DNA of 22,787 nucleotides from assembly GCA_042217545.1 (NCBI GenBank), contig JBDGSM010000067.1, forward strand, positions 1 through 22,787. Direction: 5' to 3'. Below the pieces are notes generated by a model. The model had not been told where the DNA came from. It saw nothing but the letters and a program-made list of their open reading frames with translations, and did no database searches. The position numbers and the translations under genes are program-made. Positions 15,390-22,787 of this stretch are shown here, piece after piece. The DNA is from Candidatus Nanohalobium sp. (lineage in GTDB: Archaea; Nanohalarchaeota; Nanosalinia; Nanosalinales; Nanosalinaceae). The number at the start of each line of letters is the position of its first letter. Position 1 is the first letter of the stretch.

Positions 15390-16520
15390 TTAGTCCAGGA
15401 ATTCTTCGTTCTCGATTTTTTCCGGCAGGTAGGTGTTTGCTACGAATTCAAGGCTCTGGCTTGCGAGGGCCTGCTGCTCTACCCTGACTCCCAGGTCGAG
15501 CATTTTCTGGAACTGGTTCTGCCACTGTTCTGTCTGCATCCATTCGTAGTCTTTGACGTCGTGGATGCGTTTGAAGTCCTTGGTTGGGCCTCCGTTGTCC
15601 TCGGATTTTCCTTTGAGGTCTTCTGTGACGTGGTGGAGGTCGTATTCTTCGATGTCCTCCATTGTCATTCCGATGAGCTTTGCGTCCGGGATGGAAAGTC
15701 TGTCGGACTGGAATGCCAGGCTCATGGATCCGGATTTGAGGACGGAGTAGATGTAGTATCCCCATGGGTCGCCGTCGGTGAATACGTAGACCGGTAGGTC
15801 CAGTTCGTTGTGCATCATGTTGATGAGTCTTCTAGCTCCTCTTGCTGGCTGTCCTCCTGTTCCGATGATGATCGCGTCGTGTTCTTTGTGGAAATCTTCT
15901 TCGACCAGTCTGTTAACCATCGCGGAGGTCTCGACTACAAGTATGAAGTCCGCGTTGCATTCCACGAATTCGAAGTGGTCTACGATAGAGTTGATTGCCA
16001 TGCCTGATGTACCCATGTTCATTCCGTCGATAACGTCTCCGGAGTCATCGATCTTGATGGGGCCGAACAGTCTTCCCTTTGGCTCTGCGAAAAGGTGCAG
16101 ATCCTCTCTGATAGCTCCTGTCGCTGTCTCGATGTCGACTACTACGTTGTTGGACTCGTCCTGGTCCTCGAACGTGTTCTCGTCAAGGCCTGGAACGCTG
16201 TGCTTCAGCTGGTAGTAGATCTCTCTGATTGATGCGGTTCTTCCTCTCTGAACAAGCTCCTTGGTCTTGGAAGCAACCATCAGAGTCTGCATAAACTTCC
16301 TGGCATGTGAAATGTTGAGGAACTTCCTTGTGGAGTAGTTATCTCCGAGCGCCAGCCTTCCCTTGTCCTCATCGTATTCCACGTTGGACTTGGAACGGAC
16401 CTGGGTCTCGATAGTCAGATCTTTTTCTTCAGGGTCGTCTAACTGCTTCCTGATCTTCTTTCCTAAGTGTTTCAGTTTTTCTACAGTCTTTTCGTCATTT
16501 CCAAACTCTTTCTTCGGCAT
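15390..16520 (-). CDS. top6A: DNA topoisomerase VI subunit A
   Basis: REIYY catalytic Tyr, ILVVE, GTGGQP, TDGDPWG. Confidence 0.96.
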   Translation of the reverse strand: MPKKEFGNDEKTVEKLKHLGKKIRKQLDDPEEKDLTIETQVRSKSNVEYDEDKGRLALGDNYSTRKFLNISHARKFMQTLMVASKTKELVQRGRTASIREIYYQLKHSVPGLDENTFEDQDESNNVVVDIETATGAIREDLHLFAEPKGRLFGPIKIDDSGDVIDGMNMGTSGMAINSIVDHFEFVECNADFILVVETSAMVNRLVEEDFHKEHDAIIIGTGGQPARGARRLINMMHNELDLPVYVFTDGDPWGYYIYSVLKSGSMSLAFQSDRLSIPDAKLIGMTMEDIEEYDLHHVTEDLKGKSEDNGGPTKDFKRIHDVKDYEWMQTEQWQNQFQKMLDLGVRVEQQALASQSLEFVANTYLPEKIENEEFLD

Positions 16521-16570
16521 TCAAAGACCACCTCGGTGGTCTTTTGCAAAGAGCAAATCTCTGATTTGCG
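16521..16570. repeat. Twin-hairpin intergenic element (copy 4), includes top6A SD
   Basis: TC AAAGACCAC-CTCG-GTGGTCTTT TGCAAA GA GCAAATC-TCT-GATTTGC; CACCTC reads GAGGTG on the minus strand. Confidence 0.6.
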
Positions 16571-16593
16571 TCATGGCTTTCACCAAAGTTCGA

Positions 16594-16668
16594 TCATGGT
16601 CCTGCCGCATTCGGCCTTGCGGCCTCAACGGCTCTTCCATTCTCTCTTTTGTTTTCTGTTTTTGTCAT
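16594..16668 (-). CDS. Possible 24-aa peptide between top6B and top6A
   Basis: MTKTENKRENGRAVEAARPNAAGP, preceded by GAGGT 1 nt after the top6B stop; no recognisable motif. Confidence 0.25.
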   Translation of the reverse strand: MTKTENKRENGRAVEAARPNAAGP

Positions 16669-16684
16669 AGCATTTCTTACCTCG

Positions 16685-18280
16685 TTAAAGCTGCTCCGGG
16701 TTGTAATCGGCTTGAACAAGTTCCTGGATTTTGTCCACCATCTCTTCCTCGCTTCCTTCCTCCGCAAGCTGGGCGATCGCCGGACCCATCTCCTTCGCAT
16801 AACTTGTAAGCTTACGTTTCTTCTTCTCCTGTATCTTTCTCCTTTCCTCACGCTTCAACTGCTTTCCAAGCTTCCTTCCAACTTCCTGGAGCGCAAGCTT
16901 CATCTCCTTCCGGATAGGATCGTAGTTCGCAACCGCTTCCTTACCCTCAGAGGTGAAAGGAACCCAGACAGATGCGATATGCACAAGGATGTAAAGCGGT
17001 CCCTGAGGCCTGTTACCTGTCTGCGAGATATTGTAACGGTTCCAGGAAACGTTCTCGATAGCCTTCGTTGTCACACATGCAGATTTCTTGTAAAGCAGCG
17101 GCACCTTGTTAGCAAATCGTAGCTCTTCAAAGGAGCCTTCGTCCTCGATGTCTCCTCCCCAGGCAAGGCCTACCTCTACCTGGAAAGGGTTGCCTTTGTA
17201 TACTGTAGGCTTACGTGTCACAGAGAAGATGTGATCCGGGTTCAGCTCTTTCTGAAGGCCTTTCTCGACCAGGTCTTCCCCGATAGGCGAGAGGCAGTCC
17301 GTCGGCGGACTCTGTAGGTCCACTTCCTGTGCCGCGTTCAGCAAGGTCTCGATCTCATCCTTGGTCATCGTGTTAGGCCTTCTACCGTCGTCTATACCTG
17401 CTTCTTCACAGATGTTTTCTGCGGAGGTTTTTCCGACTCTTGTGAACTCGTTTTGCAGGAAGCTGCTTATTGTTCTGGAGTCCGTGTTATCCACCATCCT
17501 CATGAGGACTCCGAGTTCCACGCCGTGTGGATGTGGCTTGATCTCCTCCGGTTTCTCAGGCAGCTCCTTGGAGACTCTTGGGTATTCGATCTTGTTCCCG
17601 CTTGGTTCTCTCAGCACGATTCTTGCGTACGGGTTCATGATCGCTGTATGCTTCAGGTAGTTGCGCACGGAGTGATGGCCTTTCGTGTACTTCGCTTCAA
17701 TATCCATCTCGATCGTGGTTCCGTGGTCGAAGTAGTAATCTTTCTGTCCCGGGAACTCGTCTCCTTCAGGATCAACGACTTCATCCTCAAGGATCTCCGG
17801 CTCGTTCTCCTCAGTATCGATACGTACTACGAACTTGTGGCATGGCTTTCCGTCCTGCTTGGACCAGACAGTTACCGGTTCACCGGTCGTGAGCTGGGCG
17901 TACATAGCGGACGCTGATATACCTATACCCTGCTGTCCACGGCTCTGCTGGAGCTTGTGGAACTTTGAACCGTAGAGAAGCTTTCCGAAAACCTTCGGAA
18001 TCGTCTCCTTGTCAAGACCCATCGCGTTGTCCCTGATCTCGACACGGCACTTATCTTCGCCGATCTCGTCGATCAGGACCTGTATCTCCGGTAGAATCTC
18101 CTCTTCCTCGCATGCGTCCAGCGAGTTATCTACAGCTTCCTTGACAACAGTGATAATCGATTTCTGAGCGTTTTCAAAGCCGAGAAGATGCTTGTTCTTC
18201 TCGAAGAACTCTGCCACCGAAATCTCACGGTGATCTCCTCCTTCGGCCTCTACTGCCTGTTCGTCTATGCCATCTGCCAT
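16685..18280 (-). CDS. top6B: DNA topoisomerase VI subunit B
   Basis: EFFEKNKHLLGF, KEAVDNSLDA, QSRGQQGIG (GHKL ATPase), RFANKVPL. Confidence 0.97.
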   Translation of the reverse strand: MADGIDEQAVEAEGGDHREISVAEFFEKNKHLLGFENAQKSIITVVKEAVDNSLDACEEEEILPEIQVLIDEIGEDKCRVEIRDNAMGLDKETIPKVFGKLLYGSKFHKLQQSRGQQGIGISASAMYAQLTTGEPVTVWSKQDGKPCHKFVVRIDTEENEPEILEDEVVDPEGDEFPGQKDYYFDHGTTIEMDIEAKYTKGHHSVRNYLKHTAIMNPYARIVLREPSGNKIEYPRVSKELPEKPEEIKPHPHGVELGVLMRMVDNTDSRTISSFLQNEFTRVGKTSAENICEEAGIDDGRRPNTMTKDEIETLLNAAQEVDLQSPPTDCLSPIGEDLVEKGLQKELNPDHIFSVTRKPTVYKGNPFQVEVGLAWGGDIEDEGSFEELRFANKVPLLYKKSACVTTKAIENVSWNRYNISQTGNRPQGPLYILVHIASVWVPFTSEGKEAVANYDPIRKEMKLALQEVGRKLGKQLKREERRKIQEKKKRKLTSYAKEMGPAIAQLAEEGSEEEMVDKIQELVQADYNPEQL

Positions 18281-18328
18281 ACTATGTTTAAACCTCTGAT
18301 ATTATCAAATACTCCGCAACTTTTAACT

Positions 18329-18832
18329 CTACTTTACGATCTTTGCCTGATTCTTCTCCAGGTAATTGTACGCAGTCGAATGCGAACTCCCGTTAAGCAA
18401 CATCTTAACAGCTTGCTGCGCAACCTCAATGTTCTCCGCTCGACCTATCATCCCGATAGTCTTGCCGTACACACATATATCGATCTCGGTCATCTTCTCG
18501 ATGTGCCTGCGAGCTTCACCGTCACGGCCGATCACACGGCCTTTCAAACGGTCACGCGAATTCGAAGTCTTAGCATAATCATTAATATCCATCAAATGCA
18601 GGGCAATATCTCTCTCCACCAGTCTGAAGGCCTTATCCGGATTAAAACCTCTACCGATCGCCTTCACAGCTTTCTGGGCGTTCATCTCATCAAGAGCATC
18701 ACCATCGATCCGCGCCACGTTATCCTCCACGGTCAGAGAGCAGTCCGTAAGGTCCTCGAACTCCTCCTTGGTGCTGCCACCCTCACCTATGAGAGCGCCC
18801 ACGCGTTCCTCTGGTATCTTCACCTCTTTCAT
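18329..18832 (-). CDS. KH-domain RNA-processing protein (Pno1/Dim2 family)
   Basis: RVGALIGEGG, AIGRGF, KGRVIGRDG, G..HS.AY. Confidence 0.93.
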   Translation of the reverse strand: MKEVKIPEERVGALIGEGGSTKEEFEDLTDCSLTVEDNVARIDGDALDEMNAQKAVKAIGRGFNPDKAFRLVERDIALHLMDINDYAKTSNSRDRLKGRVIGRDGEARRHIEKMTEIDICVYGKTIGMIGRAENIEVAQQAVKMLLNGSSHSTAYNYLEKNQAKIVK

Positions 18833-18889
18833 TGGATGATGCCTCTAAATAACATTCAACTGCCAACCTTTTTATACCTTGTATCCCAG

Positions 18890-19678
18890 CTACAGGCCCT
18901 CTACATCCGGAAAAACCTGTTTTAAGGCATTTTCCAGATCGATGTCTGCGCCCTGCTTCCGGAAAAAATTCGCCACATTCCTCACATCACGTTTTCCCAG
19001 CTCAAGGGCCTCAGGATGCGATACATGGACGCCCTGGCTGAAATCGATCCAGACAAGCTCGTCTTCAGCCACAAGGATGTTGTACTCGGATAAATCGCCG
19101 TGAACGATTCTTTTCTCTTCCCAGAGCTTCTTAATACCGTTCAAAACCATCTCAAAGGCTTCTTCTGGGTTCTCGATCTCCACATCCTTCAACTTCGGAT
19201 ATGGCGAGAATTCCTCACCGATAAACTCCATCACAAGAATGTTGTTCTCGTAAGCGATCGGTTCCGGACATTTAACAACGTTCAAGGCCTTGTCAAGGTT
19301 CTTGTACTCTTTCTTACACCACTCGTTGATCACGCTTCTCCTGTCTTTCTTCACGTTCCTGAGGCGCTTATCGCCACGCAAGTACTGCATCATGTCCCGG
19401 AAGCTTCCGGCCTGCGCCATGTAGATCTTCACAAGAACTCTTTCGCCTTCAGGTGTATCCGCCAGAAAGACCAGCGACTCTTTACCGGATTCTATCGTTC
19501 CGTACAGCCTGTCCAGGACTTTCCTGTCACCGAGCTTCAGTAAGGCCTTCTTGGTCGCGTGATCGAAGACATTGTCGACCGCTTTCCTTGCTTCCGATGA
19601 GTCGAACATTTTACGGCTTTCTTCCTTCCAGCGCTCCCTGTAATCGATATCTTCATCGTAAGAGTTTTCGTCTTCCAT
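18890..19678 (-). CDS. rio1: RIO1 family serine kinase
   Basis: GKES.VF, VKIY, KEYKNL, VHGDLSEYNIL, IDFSQ. Confidence 0.95.
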   Translation of the reverse strand: MEDENSYDEDIDYRERWKEESRKMFDSSEARKAVDNVFDHATKKALLKLGDRKVLDRLYGTIESGKESLVFLADTPEGERVLVKIYMAQAGSFRDMMQYLRGDKRLRNVKKDRRSVINEWCKKEYKNLDKALNVVKCPEPIAYENNILVMEFIGEEFSPYPKLKDVEIENPEEAFEMVLNGIKKLWEEKRIVHGDLSEYNILVAEDELVWIDFSQGVHVSHPEALELGKRDVRNVANFFRKQGADIDLENALKQVFPDVEGL

Positions 19679-19761
19679 AGAACTTACTGAGGCCTTGAAC
19701 TCTAAAAAACGGAGTACCTACGACTTTCCTGGGAGGCAGGTTTCTTCAAGAAAAAATTCTG

Positions 19762-20073
19762 TTAGAGGAATTCTTTGATTTCGTCCAGGAATCCATGGTC
19801 TTCAAGCCAGCGGGTCTCCGCGTTGCTGTAGCTTTCTACTATGTCCCCTTTCTCGTCGCCCTGGATGTCCCATGGATCTACGAGTACTACATTGTCTCTT
19901 TTGACCCACAGGCCTCTCTTCTTGCTTCCGGGGATACGGCAGATCCTTTCGTTTCCGTCTGTGCAGTAGATACGGTATTTCCCGCCGCCTTCCTTCCTGA
20001 GGACGATTCCAAGCAGTTCCTCATCGTGCGGCTTTCTTACTCTTCCTACTTCCTGTTCTTCTTCCTCGCTCAT
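19762..20073 (-). CDS. eif1a: Translation initiation factor aIF-1A
   Basis: C.DG.ERICRIPG, W..D.V.V.PW, KGDI; conserved position upstream of rio1. Confidence 0.94.
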   Translation of the reverse strand: MSEEEEQEVGRVRKPHDEELLGIVLRKEGGGKYRIYCTDGNERICRIPGSKKRGLWVKRDNVVLVDPWDIQGDEKGDIVESYSNAETRWLEDHGFLDEIKEFL

Positions 20074-20111
20074 AGGAAGTTATATCCCGGTGAGATTTTT
20101 AAACTCCTTGA

Positions 20112-20585
20112 TTACTCGTTATCTTTGTCAGGCCAGCCATAGATTTTTCTCCAGATCACCGAGGCAATACAGTAGTTGGCGGTACCCATCAGAAGGGCGA
20201 CAGCGGTCAAAACCGCGCCCAGGACAAGGCCTGCAGTACTGTAGTCTACCAGGAAGGCCGAAGCCGTTACAGAAGACCAGACAACAGCTATAAAACACGC
20301 GAAACGTGCTGGAGCAGGCCTCTTCGGAAGATCAGGGCCGTTGATTACAGGCCTTATCGTGTAGAGGTAAAGCCAGTCAAAAGGAGTGTGGTGGAATGAA
20401 AGACCTCCTACTGCGAAAAGAGCCATCGTGAACAGCAGTGCCGGACTCTGAAGGTATGTGCCGGCGGCGAATCCCGCTGCACACATCAAAGGTGAGAACT
20501 TCAGCCAGCGTGCTGTGCTCTTCGTATCAACGCCTAGAAATCCCTGCGTGTCAAGTCTGTTTCTAAGGCCTTCAGATACTGTCAT
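20112..20585 (-). CDS. DUF4395-like membrane protein
   Basis: HTPFD.LY, P.RFA, L......YC.AS pattern with four TM segments; start ATG 20585. Confidence 0.7.
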   Translation of the reverse strand: MTVSEGLRNRLDTQGFLGVDTKSTARWLKFSPLMCAAGFAAGTYLQSPALLFTMALFAVGGLSFHHTPFDWLYLYTIRPVINGPDLPKRPAPARFACFIAVVWSSVTASAFLVDYSTAGLVLGAVLTAVALLMGTANYCIASVIWRKIYGWPDKDNE

Positions 20586-20592
20586 TATCTTT

Positions 20593-20892
20593 TTACACCT
20601 TGTATACATTGTAGTTTAGCTTTGCAACTGCTGCAACAAATACGGCGCCGGCAAAGAAGACCAGTGCGCTTATCAGCCTCGGATCGAGGAACCGTTTGGA
20701 GCTTATTATCTGTGCGGAGAATGCGATGTATCCCAGGATGAATAATGCTATCATTCCAATAAGCTTGTCCCAGGCCTCTGCCAGTTTGCCTTTACCTAGA
20801 GTGTTCCTGAACTCGAAGGCTGTGAAAAATCCGTAGATCAATGTCAGTATGCCTCCTGCGGTCAGGAGCAGTGTGGGTAGCTGTATGTTCAT
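20593..20892 (-). CDS. Small 3-TM membrane protein
   Basis: 99-aa hydrophobic ORF; AT-rich TATA-like box upstream near 20922. Confidence 0.75.
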   Translation of the reverse strand: MNIQLPTLLLTAGGILTLIYGFFTAFEFRNTLGKGKLAEAWDKLIGMIALFILGYIAFSAQIISSKRFLDPRLISALVFFAGAVFVAAVAKLNYNVYKV

Positions 20893-20950
20893 ACGTGTAT
20901 CAGTTCTTTCTGGTTCCTGACTTAAAAATGCTCTGTCCAGTAGAAAGTTC

Positions 20951-21631
20951 TTACAGTCGGACTGAGATAACGTTCCTGTATACTTTCTCGCCGTTCTCCT
21001 CGCCCACCAGTTCGTAAGATCTCTGGACTTCGGGATTCCTGGTCGATTTTAGCATCCTCAGGACTTCCTTCGCCATCTTCTCGGTCGACATGAAAAAATC
21101 GAAGCCATGATCAGTTTTCTCGATGTTTGCCAGGAAACTCGTCCTGTCCCTGTTCGTTATCTCCGCCGCCTTATCCGCGACCTCGTCGGAGATACGCTCA
21201 AGATCCGCCTCTCCTCTGAGCTGCATCTTCACCTTGTAGAAGCTGCCGTTGAAGCGGGCGCAGTCCTCACACTGCTGCTGTTTGATGTTTACCTGGGTGT
21301 CGTACTCGTCCTTCATTTTTCCTTTGTATGCGTGGACTCTCACCCACATCTGTTCCTCTTCATCTTCCCAGAACTGAAGTTCCATATCGACACCTGGTTC
21401 GGAAAACTTTGCAAACTTCGCACCAAGCTGATCCTGGACAGTATACTCCTCGATCCAGTCACCGTGCTTCCTCATCCTGCCGCAGACACTGCACACATCG
21501 ATCTCAACCTTGTCCGGTATCTCCAGAAGATCATGCTTATCTGGATAACAGTCCGCGCAGAGCTGCTTCTTATCCCCGTACAGCTCATCAGTCTCCTTAC
21601 CGCACTGCGGACAAAATTTTGAAAGCTCCAT
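20951..21631 (-). CDS. NMD3 family zinc-binding protein (truncated type)
   Basis: Four CxxC pairs (FCPQCG, LCADC, VCSVCG, QCEDC) and Y..K.QLRG. Confidence 0.88.
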   Translation of the reverse strand: MELSKFCPQCGKETDELYGDKKQLCADCYPDKHDLLEIPDKVEIDVCSVCGRMRKHGDWIEEYTVQDQLGAKFAKFSEPGVDMELQFWEDEEEQMWVRVHAYKGKMKDEYDTQVNIKQQQCEDCARFNGSFYKVKMQLRGEADLERISDEVADKAAEITNRDRTSFLANIEKTDHGFDFFMSTEKMAKEVLRMLKSTRNPEVQRSYELVGEENGEKVYRNVISVRL

Positions 21632-21708
21632 AAACCCAAAACCGGCTCAAAAACTTATAAAGCAGAAAACCCAGAAACCACGAAACAAACACAGAAAGGC
21701 CTCAAAAC

Positions 21709-22062
21709 CTAATCCGTACCGGAGAACTCCATGCTGTCCCCCTCCTCCACATCAAGCTCCTCAAAACTCTCAAGAAGAAACCTGTAAGGCCTGTCAGGAG
21801 AATAAACCTTCCAGGTCCTCGGATCAAAGCCCCAAGGTCTGGCCGTCTGCACATCGATCACCTCTCCCTCTGAATCCATGAAGTAAAGATACAGAGGCCT
21901 TGAAAGCAGCATCATATCGATGCTCGCCGTCGTATCCCTGCTGAACTTGAATAGCATCTTCCCCTCGGAACGGAAGGAAAGGCCTTTCGCTCTAGTGTAG
22001 AAGTTGTCAGCGACCTCCGCTTCAAAGTTTTTTCCGTTGACTTCGATTTTTTCAAAGCTCAT
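21709..22062 (-). CDS. DUF192 (UPF0127) family protein
   Basis: EVADNFYTRAKGLSFR, GKMLF.F, PW. Confidence 0.82.
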   Translation of the reverse strand: MSFEKIEVNGKNFEAEVADNFYTRAKGLSFRSEGKMLFKFSRDTTASIDMMLLSRPLYLYFMDSEGEVIDVQTARPWGFDPRTWKVYSPDRPYRFLLESFEELDVEEGDSMEFSGTD

Positions 22063-22100
22063 AGGGTACTATTTAGAATGGTAATAAGATAAAAAGGGTG

Positions 22101-22643
22101 TTAATTGATCGAAAGCTGGAATCCTCCGTAAGCTGATTCAAGGCCTTCTGCCGCCTCTTTCATCTCTGCGTCTCTCATTCCTTGGTATCCGGCGCTTTTG
22201 TATCCAGAAAGTATTCCTAGTCCTGCCCCTCCTGCTGCGACTTCGATAGATCCTGCTGATAATCCAAGGCCTGTAACTCCTGCGCCGGTGGCAAATCCTA
22301 GATCTACCCCTTTTGCCTTATCGTCTTTGCTCTGGGCTTTTCTACTCATCAAGTCGTTATCGTCTTCATTTTCGAGGGCTTTTTTACCTTTTCCAAATCC
22401 TCTGTCATAGTTGTTATCCCATATGTTCGAGGTTATCCCTTCTAAAACGTTTCTGACTGCGCCTAAGCCTCCTGAACTCATGTATTCGTCGGCGGTATCG
22501 CTTTCGATTTCAAGGTCTGCTCCTCTAAAATTTCCGTGTTCAACGGCTTCGATGATGGCTTGGTATTCGCCATCTCTGTACATGTCGGTTATGGTGATGT
22601 CTTCGCCATTGTCTACTTTCTCTAGGTAATCTCCAAGACTCAT
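22101..22643 (-). CDS. Hypothetical acidic protein with a C-terminal glycine-zipper-like hydrophobic segment
   Basis: Long ORF; ATG 22643 is 24 nt from TTTAAA (alternative start ATG 22652); GFATGAGVTGLGLSAGSIEVAAGGAGLGILSG. Confidence 0.7.
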   Translation of the reverse strand: MSLGDYLEKVDNGEDITITDMYRDGEYQAIIEAVEHGNFRGADLEIESDTADEYMSSGGLGAVRNVLEGITSNIWDNNYDRGFGKGKKALENEDDNDLMSRKAQSKDDKAKGVDLGFATGAGVTGLGLSAGSIEVAAGGAGLGILSGYKSAGYQGMRDAEMKEAAEGLESAYGGFQLSIN

Positions 22644-22764
22644 GTTGTGCATCTTTAGTAACAAAATTTAAATTAATTCGGCTTTAGCTCTGCCTAGAGG
22701 TCGCTTGGAGAAATAATGATTATATGATATGTCTCTGAACTGGTAAAGTTACAGTCTGTTCAAA

Positions 22765-22787
22765 CGCCCGCACAGGGATTTGAACCC
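22765..22787 (-). tRNA. 3' end of a tRNA (identity not visible; truncated by window edge)
   Basis: Reverse complement GGG TTCAAAT CCCTG TGCGGGC G gives T-loop, T-stem, acceptor 3' strand and discriminator. Confidence 0.8.

Larger units (their letters stand above)
148..22272. repeat. Dispersed highly iterated palindrome AGGCCT
   Basis: About 67 copies by hand count (e.g. 148, 569, 702, 808, 2341, 4347, 5454, 6960, 15369, 19690, 21697, 22267) versus about 6 expected for a 6-mer at uniform base composition. Confidence 0.9.

Noticed and set aside
1..22787. CRISPR array, transposase, reverse transcriptase or defence system
   Set aside because: No regularly spaced direct repeats and no ORF with the corresponding motifs were seen.

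Overview
Archaeal chromosomal window, about 50% GC, compact, with an acidic (Glu-rich) proteome and many apparently leaderless genes. It is most consistent with a halophilic DPANN archaeon such as Nanohaloarchaeota; this taxonomy is inferred, not verified. Housekeeping blocks are tRNA-Glu, HIT, ZIP, Nudix, rpl18e-rpl13-rps9-rpoN, an intron-containing tRNA-Asn, aIF-1A-RIO1-KH-top6B-top6A, NMD3 and DUF192. These flank an accessory region (about 4.3-14.9 kb). That region holds a compact, non-canonical chemosensory cluster: two CheY, a CheW fused to a C2H2 zinc finger, a CheB with a non-phosphorylatable receiver, a P2-less CheA, two CheC, CheD and one MCP, with no cheR, cheF or archaellum genes in the window. 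Signals not in the ORF track are: (i) the palindrome AGGCCT about 67 times (hand count) versus about 6 expected; (ii) a family of twin-hairpin elements at gene junctions, three of which enclose the Shine-Dalgarno; (iii) three small zinc-finger microproteins; (iv) three consecutive frameshifted genes; (v) a DtxR/SirR-like operator upstream of the ZIP transporter.
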